A DNA stretch of 64,000 bases, taken from positions 14,640 to 78,639 of the forward strand of contig DXAW01000093.1 of the NCBI GenBank assembly GCA_019116865.1, in the 5' to 3' direction. The notes beneath the pieces were generated by a model. The model had not been told where the DNA came from, ran no database searches, and saw only the letters and a list, made by a program, of their open reading frames with translations. The first letter of the stretch is position 1. Every line of letters begins with the position of its first letter. The stretch comes from Candidatus Coprenecus stercoravium (GTDB lineage: Bacteria; Bacteroidota; Bacteroidia; Bacteroidales; UBA932). This document shows, one piece after another, positions 47,616 through 56,072 of the stretch. Both the position numbers and the translations under genes were made by a program.

Positions 47616-48737
47616 ATGTTCTGGATACATTCTGACAAGGATTTTGTACTGGATTCGCACTGCGACACTCCGACGATGCTGCTTGAGGAGATAGATATCG
47701 GAAAGCGGCAGACGAGAGGGCATGTGGATTTTGTAAGAGCCAGGGAAGGAGGCGTGGACGGGATGTTCTTCGCACTGTATTCTCCGCCTGAGCTGTCAGA
47801 GGATGAGGCTGCTGCGCATGTTGTAAGGCTTATATCCAAATGCTATGATGCAGTGGATAGAAATGCCGGTACAGCAGCGTTCGCAATGTCTCCCGATCAG
47901 GCTTTTGAGAACAAACGCCGTGGGTTGATTTCAATTTTTCTGGGAATGGAGAATGGAACTCCGATTCAACATGATTTGGCATATTTGCATCTGTATTACC
48001 GTTTTGGAGTGCGTTATTTAACCCTTTGCCATAATAGGCACAATCAACTGTGTGACTCTTGTATGCCTATGGAGGCGGAATGGGGAGGTTTGTCTCCGTT
48101 CGGAAAGGAAGTTGTGGCAGAGTGCAACAGGCTCGGTATCCTTCTTGACTGCTCGCATGCTTCTGACGAGACTTTTTTCGATTTGTTGGAGTATTCCGGG
48201 ACTCCGGTAGTAGCCTCGCACTCATCATGCAGGGCATTGTGCGCTCATCCACGGAACATGTCGGATGCTATGCTGCGCGACCTTGCGTCATCGGGTGGGG
48301 TAATACAGATAAACTTCTATCCTAAATTTATCGATTCGGATTTTGCTATGGATGAGAAGTTCTTGAAACTTAGTGAGGAAGGTGAGCGTTGGCAGGAACT
48401 TTTCCGCTCTGACCTCTATAATATAGAGTACCGGGACAATTACTGGAGAATAATGGATGCTTTGGCTGTATATCCGGCACCGTCCGTCAAGCGAGTCGTG
48501 GATCATATCGAGCATGCTGTGAATGTGGCCGGTGCGGATCATGTCGGGCTGGGTTCGGATTTTGACGGGATAGAGGTGGCTCCAGAACGGCTGAGGGATA
48601 TCTCCATGTACGGCAATATTGCCGCAGAGCTGCGCAACCGCGGTTACAACAGTGGCGAAATACGCGGTATCATGGGAGGCAACTTCCTGAGAGTCATGCA
48701 TCAGGCTCAGAAAGCAGCACAGTCCTCAGCAGATTGA
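47616..48737 (+). CDS. Membrane dipeptidase (peptidase family M19)
   Basis: The DSHCDTP, SHSSCRALCAHPRNMSD and GLGSDFDG motifs are present. Confidence 0.8.
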   Translation: MFWIHSDKDFVLDSHCDTPTMLLEEIDIGKRQTRGHVDFVRAREGGVDGMFFALYSPPELSEDEAAAHVVRLISKCYDAVDRNAGTAAFAMSPDQAFENKRRGLISIFLGMENGTPIQHDLAYLHLYYRFGVRYLTLCHNRHNQLCDSCMPMEAEWGGLSPFGKEVVAECNRLGILLDCSHASDETFFDLLEYSGTPVVASHSSCRALCAHPRNMSDAMLRDLASSGGVIQINFYPKFIDSDFAMDEKFLKLSEEGERWQELFRSDLYNIEYRDNYWRIMDALAVYPAPSVKRVVDHIEHAVNVAGADHVGLGSDFDGIEVAPERLRDISMYGNIAAELRNRGYNSGEIRGIMGGNFLRVMHQAQKAAQSSAD

Positions 48738-49989
48738 GAGCACTGCCTGCGAAGCGGTCGATATTGGTGCTTCTGTCATTATTGAAACGGAACATCCGGG
48801 ACATGACAGCGGTCTTGCCCGGATTTTTTATGTCAGGATAAGCTACGGCCGTCCATACAGTACCGACAGGCTTGTCCGGAGTGCCTCCGTCGGGGCCGGC
48901 GATACCGGTAGTGGAGAGGGCGTAATCAGTACCGAGTGCCTTGCGTACACCCAGTGCCATGGCTTCGGCACATTCACAACTTACAGCACCTTTTGAAGTA
49001 ATAATATCGGTAGGCACGTGTAATATGTTTTCTTTTACAGAGTTATCGTAAGAAGTTACTGAGCCGTAGAAGAACCGTGAGGCACCTGGTATCTGCGTGA
49101 TGAGGGAAGCTATCCGGCCTCCGGTGCAGGACTCGGCTACGGCCAGGGTCTTTCCGGCAGCAGTCATCCTGCGGGCTATCACGGACTGGAGGGTGTCCTC
49201 GCCTTCACCGTAGATGGCGTCGCCGAGGACGGGACCGAGCTTGGCGAACTCAGCCTCGATGCGCCGTATCTCGTCCTCCCGTTCCCCGCCGTATATCGAC
49301 AGGCGCAGCTTTACGCCCGTAAGCGGATTGGGCAGATAGGCCAGGTGCATGTCCTCCGGCAGGGCATCCTCCCAGGGTTCGATCATCTTGGCCAGGGTGG
49401 ACTCGGCTATACCGTAGGTGATTATGGTCTTATGGTGTATGCTGTCGAGGGCGAAATGGCTGCGGATGTCGTCCATCATTGCCGGCAGCAGGCCGATGGC
49501 CTCGTAAGGCACTCCCGGCAGGGAATAGAGCACGGGACAATGGGGGTAGAGGGCTGCCGGGAAACGGAATATCATCCCGGGAGCGGTGCCTTTCCGGTTG
49601 ACCATGACCTCGCAGGTGTCGGGCACCATGGCCTGGTCCCGGTTGATGTCCGATATCTCGATGCCCCGGTGGGCCAGTATCCGCTCTATCACCTCCATCT
49701 GTCCCTGATGGAATACCGTGCTGCGGCTGCCTGACAAATCCCCGAGAGCTTTCTTGGTTATGTCGTCTTTCGTTGGGCCTAGGCCACCTGTAACTATCAC
49801 TATATCGTGGTCTTGTAGTAGTGACTTCAAGCTTTGCTTTATGTCTGCGTCATCGTCGCTGATAGAAACCATACGCAGTACTTTCACGCCAATGGCGTTG
49901 AGTTCCTTTGCGATTGCAGAGGAATTGGTGTCGACAATCTGTCCTATAAGAATCTCGTCACCGATGGTACAGACGGCTGCCCGTTTCAT
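48694..49989 (-). CDS. cinA: CinA-family protein (MoCF-binding domain plus nicotinamide-nucleotide amidohydrolase PncC domain)
   Basis: The N-terminal CTIGDEILIGQIVDTNS and VIVTGGLGPTKDDITK and the C-terminal AVAESCTGG are present. Confidence 0.85.
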   Translation of the reverse strand: MKRAAVCTIGDEILIGQIVDTNSSAIAKELNAIGVKVLRMVSISDDDADIKQSLKSLLQDHDIVIVTGGLGPTKDDITKKALGDLSGSRSTVFHQGQMEVIERILAHRGIEISDINRDQAMVPDTCEVMVNRKGTAPGMIFRFPAALYPHCPVLYSLPGVPYEAIGLLPAMMDDIRSHFALDSIHHKTIITYGIAESTLAKMIEPWEDALPEDMHLAYLPNPLTGVKLRLSIYGGEREDEIRRIEAEFAKLGPVLGDAIYGEGEDTLQSVIARRMTAAGKTLAVAESCTGGRIASLITQIPGASRFFYGSVTSYDNSVKENILHVPTDIITSKGAVSCECAEAMALGVRKALGTDYALSTTGIAGPDGGTPDKPVGTVWTAVAYPDIKNPGKTAVMSRMFRFNNDRSTNIDRFAGSALNLLRTVLLSEPDA

Positions 49990-51026
49990 TATTTATGAGC
50001 TTTAAGGTATTTCAATATTTTACGGACCATGCCGGGGCCGTTGTAGATAAATCCTGTATATATCTGAATAAGTGAGGCTCCGGCGTCCAGCATCTCCTTG
50101 GCTTGTTCAGGTGTCATGATACCTCCTACGCCTATAATAGGAAGAATGCCTCCGGTCTTTTCGTGAATATGACGGACCATGGCAATGCTTTTCTCATACA
50201 GTGGCTGACCGCTCAGTCCTCCGTTGCCGATGGTTTCCAATTTTTCCTTAGGAGTAGTAAGGCCTTCTCTGGAATTAGTTGTGTTTGTGGCGATTATGCC
50301 GTCCAGTCCGGATGTGAGCGCCAGCTCTACGATACGGTCGACGTGGTCGTACGGTATGTCTGGAGAAATTTTCAGCAGAATAGGGCGGTATTCATCGTAG
50401 TATCGCCGGAGTGTAAGCAGGCGGTCGACTATTTCCGCCAGATAGCCTACGTCCTGCAGGACTGTAAGATTCTTTACATTGGGGCATGATACATTGACGG
50501 TGAAATAATCCACGTAGTCGTACAGAAGCGAGAAAGCTCTCTCATAATCCTTGTAAGCCTCCTCGTTCGGTGTTGTTGACGCTTTGGCAATGTTGCCGCC
50601 TATGATGACGTTAGGAGAGTGTTTCTGTAGCTGTGCGACAGTGTATTTTACGCCTTTATTGTTGATTCCCATCCTGTTGATGATGGCGTTGTCTTCTATG
50701 AGCCTGAACAGTCGTGGCTTTGGATTACCCGGCTGCGGTTCAGGTGTCAGCGAGCCTATCTCCACGAAGCTGAATCCGAAGTTACCCATGTCATTGTAGA
50801 ACTCTCCGTTTTTGTCCAGACCGGCCGCAAGGCCCACCGGATTCTTGAATGTCAGTCCGAATACTTCGCGACGCAGGTCTCCTTCCTTGTCCCTTACGTT
50901 GAACAATGCACGGATAATACTTTGAGATAGAGGGATATAGTGCAGTAAATGCAGTAGTTTGAACGTAATGGCGTGCGCAGTCTCGGCAGAGAAAGAAAAA
51001 AGAATACGACGGATGAGTCTATACAT
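49989..51026 (-). CDS. pyrD: Dihydroorotate dehydrogenase (quinone), class 2
   Basis: The GLAAGLDKNGE, NVSCPN and GVGGI motifs are present, with an N-terminal membrane-associated extension. Confidence 0.9.
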   Translation of the reverse strand: MYRLIRRILFSFSAETAHAITFKLLHLLHYIPLSQSIIRALFNVRDKEGDLRREVFGLTFKNPVGLAAGLDKNGEFYNDMGNFGFSFVEIGSLTPEPQPGNPKPRLFRLIEDNAIINRMGINNKGVKYTVAQLQKHSPNVIIGGNIAKASTTPNEEAYKDYERAFSLLYDYVDYFTVNVSCPNVKNLTVLQDVGYLAEIVDRLLTLRRYYDEYRPILLKISPDIPYDHVDRIVELALTSGLDGIIATNTTNSREGLTTPKEKLETIGNGGLSGQPLYEKSIAMVRHIHEKTGGILPIIGVGGIMTPEQAKEMLDAGASLIQIYTGFIYNGPGMVRKILKYLKAHK

Positions 51027-51068
51027 AATTATGCTCTATTTGATATGTCGCAAAGATACTGTAAAAAA

Positions 51069-51467
51069 CTATTTGGGTGGATAAAATTCCTGAAATGTTC
51101 CGTCAGAGTAGAACAGGGTGATTCTGCGTACGTCTTTTCTCTCCGCCGGCTCTTCCATTTCCATATCAACGCCGCTGTATTCAGGCGCTTCATCCGGTTC
51201 TGTGAACAATACGTCCTGAGCGGACGAAGTTCCAGTCGGTAGAGCGGGGGAGTTCTGTTCACGCAGAGGCTTGCCTTTACCGAGCAGCAGCCAGTCCGGA
51301 TTGACGGACGGAAATTTGTTAAGGAACTTTTGAATGAAATCAAAACTGGGCTTGTTCCTGCCGGACAGGATATGGGAAACATTGGCCCTTTGAATGCCCA
51401 TTATGTCTGCGAACTGCGCCGGTTTGAGTTGTTCCAGCTCCAGAAATTGCTGTAAACGCCTATTCAT
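51069..51467 (-). CDS. XRE-family helix-turn-helix transcriptional regulator
   Basis: The stretch LKPAQFADIMGIQRANVSHILSGRNKPSFDFIQKFLNKFPSVNPDWLLLG is a common Bacteroidetes HTH_19-type module. Confidence 0.75.
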   Translation of the reverse strand: MNRRLQQFLELEQLKPAQFADIMGIQRANVSHILSGRNKPSFDFIQKFLNKFPSVNPDWLLLGKGKPLREQNSPALPTGTSSAQDVLFTEPDEAPEYSGVDMEMEEPAERKDVRRITLFYSDGTFQEFYPPK

Positions 51468-51469
51468 AA

Positions 51470-51902
51470 TTGTTAATTTTAATTTTTACAAATGTAAATA
51501 AAATATCGTTAACAAGTAAACAATGCGAACGATTAACAAATTTTAACAATTTCCATGTAGAAATCACAAGGCTTGTAAATCAAGTATATACAAAAATCTC
51601 ATCTGTTTAACAATTAGTGTATGTGAATATGTGTAAAATATTGATAATGCGCATACAATACTTAAAAATCTCAACTATATAACACACTTTTTCTGCCCAA
51701 AAGCGCAACGTCGTGCGCAAATTACTCAACAATACTTGATGTAAATATTATAAATAACTGATAATAGAAACAATAACTATCACAAAACATGCTAATAAAT
51801 TTTAATTATCACACTCTAAAAGCAGATGCATCACAAATGTAAACTACTCTATTCTACGGTTTATATTTGTTAAAATAGATAAACAGTAATTGTAATTAAC
51901 AA
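51470..51902. repeat. Array of seven TTAACAA/TTGTTAA heptamers in an AT-rich 530-bp intergenic region
   Basis: Copies start at 51470 (reverse), 51509, 51533, 51543, 51607, 51867 (reverse) and 51896. Two extended near-identical boxes are TTAACAAGTAAACAA (51509) and TTAACAAGTGTAAACAA (51896). Confidence 0.5.
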
Positions 51903-51953
51903 GTGTAAACAAAATTAGAAAACGGATTATTTTGACTTGGTCTGGATATTGTA

Positions 51954-51961
51954 TAGCTTTG
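51954..51961 (+). promoter_or_regulatory. Candidate -7 promoter element (TAGCTTTG) for queA
   Basis: The sequence matches TAnnTTTG, 40 nt upstream of the queA ATG. Confidence 0.3.
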
Positions 51962-52000
51962 CATCAGAAAGTCCGTAAAAACGGCTAAAAATGCGAAATA

Positions 52001-53236
52001 ATGCCTATACCAGAAATCAACATATCCGATTACATATACGAACTTCCTGATGACCGCATAGCGGCCTACCCTGCGGGAAGGCGTGATGCTTCTAAACTCC
52101 TATTATATAATAAAGGCGGGATATCTCAGGATATATTCTCCAGCCTGCCAGATTATGTGCCTTCGGGCTCGCTTATGGTGTTCAACAATACCAAAGTAGT
52201 GCCAGCTCGTCTGCTTTTCCGGCGCGCCACGGGGGCCATGATTGAGATTTTTTGTCTGGAACCGTCAGAGCCGGAGGATTACAATCTGTCCTTTGCCTCT
52301 ACTTCCGCCTGCGTATGGAAGGCCATAGTCGGCAACCGCAAAAAGTGGAAAGGTGAGCCCATTCAATTGTATTTGCCTGATGATCATAAGAGTAGCTTGG
52401 ATTTGCTGCATCTTACTGCAACCTTGGTCAGTGCAGACGGAGCGGATGTGCGGGTACGTTTCACCTGGGACGGAGGCGTTCCCTTCTCGCAGGTAATGGA
52501 AATGTGCGGGCGTGTCCCGATACCTCCATATTTGCATCGTGAGTCGGAAAGTATTGATACTGAAAGATATCAGACCTTATATGCCTCTTATCGCGGCTCT
52601 GTTGCCGCACCTACGGCCGGTCTGCATTTTACAGACGAAGTGCTGTCATCTCTGGAATCCATGGGGATTGTGCGCCGTAATGTCTGTCTTCATGTTGGAG
52701 CCGGAACATTTTTGCCGGTAAAAAGCGAGTCGATATCCGGGCATGCGATGCATTCGGAGCCGTTTTCTATATCAAGCAGTGTTTTAAATGATATATTGAA
52801 AGTAAAGGGAAATAAGCCTATTATAGCTGTAGGGACAACTAGCGTGAGGACGTTGGAGTCTCTATACTGGCTCGGAGCTGACTGTGCTGCGAAGGGACCT
52901 TCGTCTTGGGAGCCTTCGCCGGTTGAGCAGTGGGTTCCCTACACCTCCGCTCATGCTGAGATACCATTGTCCGAAGCTCTGGGCGCGCTTGTCGACTATG
53001 CAGACCGGCGTAGTACGGACAGGATTACGTGCAGGACAAGGATAATAATTGTTCCGTCATACCGTTTCCGTGTGGTTGATTGGTTGATAACCAATTTCCA
53101 TCAGCCTAAAAGCACTTTGCTGTTGCTTATAGCGGCTCTTATAGGCGAGGACTGGCGGAAAGTCTATGATTATGCGCTCGGACACGGTTTCCGTTTTCTC
53201 AGTTACGGGGACTCCTCCCTTCTGATACCGCGCTGA
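52001..53236 (+). CDS. queA: S-adenosylmethionine:tRNA ribosyltransferase-isomerase (long form)
   Basis: The motifs YELPDDRIAAYP, VFNNTKVVPARL, APTAGLHF, AVGTTSVRTLES and ITNFHQPKSTLL are present. An insertion of roughly 45 aa relative to E. coli QueA follows the GTTS motif. Confidence 0.85.
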   Translation: MPIPEINISDYIYELPDDRIAAYPAGRRDASKLLLYNKGGISQDIFSSLPDYVPSGSLMVFNNTKVVPARLLFRRATGAMIEIFCLEPSEPEDYNLSFASTSACVWKAIVGNRKKWKGEPIQLYLPDDHKSSLDLLHLTATLVSADGADVRVRFTWDGGVPFSQVMEMCGRVPIPPYLHRESESIDTERYQTLYASYRGSVAAPTAGLHFTDEVLSSLESMGIVRRNVCLHVGAGTFLPVKSESISGHAMHSEPFSISSSVLNDILKVKGNKPIIAVGTTSVRTLESLYWLGADCAAKGPSSWEPSPVEQWVPYTSAHAEIPLSEALGALVDYADRRSTDRITCRTRIIIVPSYRFRVVDWLITNFHQPKSTLLLLIAALIGEDWRKVYDYALGHGFRFLSYGDSSLLIPR

Positions 53237-53292
53237 TGGTTTTGTGAATGGAGCTTTTTTATTTAAATTTGCATGACTGATGCGTAATTGAA

Positions 53293-54897
53293 ATGCGGAG
53301 AATAAAAATAATCACGGCATTGATTCTGGCCATATTCACATTGTTTGTGTCTATGGGATGGCTTACTTTCCGCCGTTCCGCTGATTTTTTCCCTACGCAT
53401 AATCCGGTACGTGACATTGAGTTCATATCCGCCAGGCATCACTCTGTCGAGCATCCGGCTGAAAGAGCCGTAGTCAGGGGCTATCTGTACGACCGGCTGA
53501 AATCTCTCGGCGGACAGCCTGAGATATGCCGGTATGACTCTATTGCCAATGTATATTGCAAGTTCGAGCCTTCCGGTGCGGATACTTCCAGTGCCTATCT
53601 GCTCTTGGTGGCGCATCTGGATTCACGTTTCCCTGAGCAGACACCTCAAGGCGAGGTATGTTCTTATGGTGCAGCTGATGACGGTTATGGACTTGCAGTG
53701 ATACTTGAACTTGTTGACAAGGCTCTGGATTATTCTGGAGAATGGCGACAGGGTCTCAAGGTTCTGTTTACTGATTCCGAGGAAAGAAACCTCGACGGTG
53801 TGCGGACTGCATTGGAAATGGACAATTCACAGTTCGATAATGTCGGACTGGTCGTTAATGTGGAGGCGAGAGGAGTAAGAGGACCGGCCCTGCTGTTCGA
53901 ATCCTCCGCGGACAATGACCGGTTGATGGACTTTTATGTGAAACATGCCGGGATGCCGTACACTTATTCGCTTACGTCAGCAGTATACGGGATGATGCCT
54001 AATTATACGGATTTTACGTATCTGAAGCCGCTGTTTCCGGGTTATAATTTCTCTGTGATAGACAATCTGCATTATTATCATAACGACAAGGATAATTTCT
54101 CAAATATAAGCCCTGCCGCCATCGCTCATTACGGAGTTCAGCTGGAACCTATGCTTAAGGCATTCCTGACATCGGAACAGTTCTCGGATCCGGATTATTT
54201 CATAGGTGAAGAGGACAATGTGGTCTTTACACTGCCGGGGCTGGGTACCATAAATCTTTCCCGTACAGGGAATTATTTACTGAACGCAGCGGCTCTGGTG
54301 CTGTTTGTTCTTGTACTGCTTCTATATACGGCATCCGGCAGGGTCAGGCTAGCGGAGGTCTTTGCAAATGCTGTCAAAACATTGGTTTACGCACTTCTGG
54401 CCGCACTTGTTTCCACAGGAATCGTATATCTGGCCAGCAGGCTTGCCGGAGTTCCGTTCTCGTTCTTCTCTTTGAAATACCTTCGGGGAGACTGGCTTCT
54501 GGCATCCGGTATCCTGTTTGTCACAGCGGCTTTATATGTAGGTTTGTTTGCAAAAAGAGTCCGCAGGTCGGAGGATTTTGTATTCGGACATCTTCTCGGA
54601 CTATCGCTGACTGTTGTGATTATTTCCGCGGTGCTTCTTTTGACCGTTGGGGAAAATCTGTTCCTGCTCCTGCCTCTTTTCTGTATTCTTACAGGGCTGT
54701 TGCTGCATATATTCGTGCATATGAATATAGTGTCGCTTCCGGCCTTTCTTCTGGTGGAGCTTGCCGGTGCTCCGTTTCTCTATAATCTATATACTGCCTT
54801 GACTGTCGGCTCTTTGGGAATAATAGTCTTTTTAGCTTATATATACATTGCCATGATTGCCTCGCTTATGAGGCTATTTATGTATCAAAGGATATAA
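53293..54897 (+). CDS. M28-family metallopeptidase fused to a C-terminal polytopic membrane domain
   Basis: An N-terminal TM anchor is followed by the M28 motifs VAHLDSRF, GAADDGYGLAVILEL and FTDSEE. Five or six predicted TM helices follow. Confidence 0.7.
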   Translation: MRRIKIITALILAIFTLFVSMGWLTFRRSADFFPTHNPVRDIEFISARHHSVEHPAERAVVRGYLYDRLKSLGGQPEICRYDSIANVYCKFEPSGADTSSAYLLLVAHLDSRFPEQTPQGEVCSYGAADDGYGLAVILELVDKALDYSGEWRQGLKVLFTDSEERNLDGVRTALEMDNSQFDNVGLVVNVEARGVRGPALLFESSADNDRLMDFYVKHAGMPYTYSLTSAVYGMMPNYTDFTYLKPLFPGYNFSVIDNLHYYHNDKDNFSNISPAAIAHYGVQLEPMLKAFLTSEQFSDPDYFIGEEDNVVFTLPGLGTINLSRTGNYLLNAAALVLFVLVLLLYTASGRVRLAEVFANAVKTLVYALLAALVSTGIVYLASRLAGVPFSFFSLKYLRGDWLLASGILFVTAALYVGLFAKRVRRSEDFVFGHLLGLSLTVVIISAVLLLTVGENLFLLLPLFCILTGLLLHIFVHMNIVSLPAFLLVELAGAPFLYNLYTALTVGSLGIIVFLAYIYIAMIASLMRLFMYQRI

Positions 54898-56072
54898 TGA
54901 ATATGGATTATACCAGTATCAGGCCATACAATGACCAGGAGACATCCAGTGCTCTTAAAAGAATAGCGGCTGCGCCGGAATTGAAACCCATTGCGGATTT
55001 CGTATACGGACCGGGTCATGAACAGGAACTCAGGGAAAGACTGTGCCGTCTTGACGGAGTGTACCGGTTTCAGACAGAGGTGATGGCCGGTATCATACAG
55101 AGTATTATAGACAAGACGTCAGCAGGCCTGACAGTCGAGGGCTTGGACATCCTTGAGGACGGAAGGAAGCACGTGCTTATATCCAATCACAGGGATATAA
55201 TACTGGATCCGGCGATTATCCAGCTCGTGCTGTTCGGTCACGGAATCTCCCTGACAGAGATTGCGGTCGGAGACAATCTTATCGCAAATTCGTTGATTGA
55301 GGATATTTTTCGTTCAAACCGCATGATAAAAGTATCCAGGGGCGGTACTCCGAGGGAAAAATATGTGTCCTCGTCCATGCTGTCATCGTATATCAGGGAG
55401 AGGGTAGTTTCCGGGGCTTGCTCGGTGTGGATAGCGCAGCGTAACGGTCGTTCCAAGGACGGGCATGACATGACGGAGCAGGGCCTGATGAAAATGTTCG
55501 GAATGAGCGGGTCGGGAGACTTTATTAAGGACTTCAATGAATTGTCTATATTGCCGACTGCTATATCTTATCAGTATGAGCCTTGTGAGTTTCTAAAAGC
55601 CAGGGAAGTATATATATCGCGAAGGGAACATTACGTCAAGAGGCCAGGAGAGGATACGGTCAGCATACTGACGGGGGTGACTCAGAACAAGGGGCATATC
55701 GCATTTCATTTCTGCCCGGAGATTACAGAGGCGGAGTTAATCGAATGTGCCGCTCATGGTAAGAATGAGAGATTCAAGGCTCTGGCGGCTGTGATAGACC
55801 AAAGGATATGCTCCAGCTACAAGCTCTGGGATACCAATTATATGGCGCTTGATCTGCTTGACGGCGGTGCGGCTAATCGGGAAAAATATACTCAGGATAG
55901 CCTTGACGCATTCGTTCAGCATATGGAAAAGGGCCTTTCCGCCATAGTGGAGAAAGACCCTTATATCGATATTGAGGAACTTAGGGAGATATATCTCTCT
56001 ATCTACGCTAATCCTGTACGTTCCTTACGTGAACATCAAGCTGAGGATAGGGGAATGTCATGCCCTTCTTAG
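54897..56072 (+). CDS. PlsC-type lysophospholipid/glycerol acyltransferase family protein
   Basis: An NHRDIILD acyltransferase block and a later VWIAQRNGRSKDG block are present. The TAATG junction overlaps the upstream stop by 1 nt. Confidence 0.6.
   Translation: MNMDYTSIRPYNDQETSSALKRIAAAPELKPIADFVYGPGHEQELRERLCRLDGVYRFQTEVMAGIIQSIIDKTSAGLTVEGLDILEDGRKHVLISNHRDIILDPAIIQLVLFGHGISLTEIAVGDNLIANSLIEDIFRSNRMIKVSRGGTPREKYVSSSMLSSYIRERVVSGACSVWIAQRNGRSKDGHDMTEQGLMKMFGMSGSGDFIKDFNELSILPTAISYQYEPCEFLKAREVYISRREHYVKRPGEDTVSILTGVTQNKGHIAFHFCPEITEAELIECAAHGKNERFKALAAVIDQRICSSYKLWDTNYMALDLLDGGAANREKYTQDSLDAFVQHMEKGLSAIVEKDPYIDIEELREIYLSIYANPVRSLREHQAEDRGMSCPS

Noticed and set aside
51703-51718. The GCGCA-N6-TGCGC hairpin followed by TTTT on the minus strand as a small-RNA terminator.
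   Set aside because: The stem is only 5 bp, too weak to call on its own. It is mentioned under the AT-rich region finding instead.
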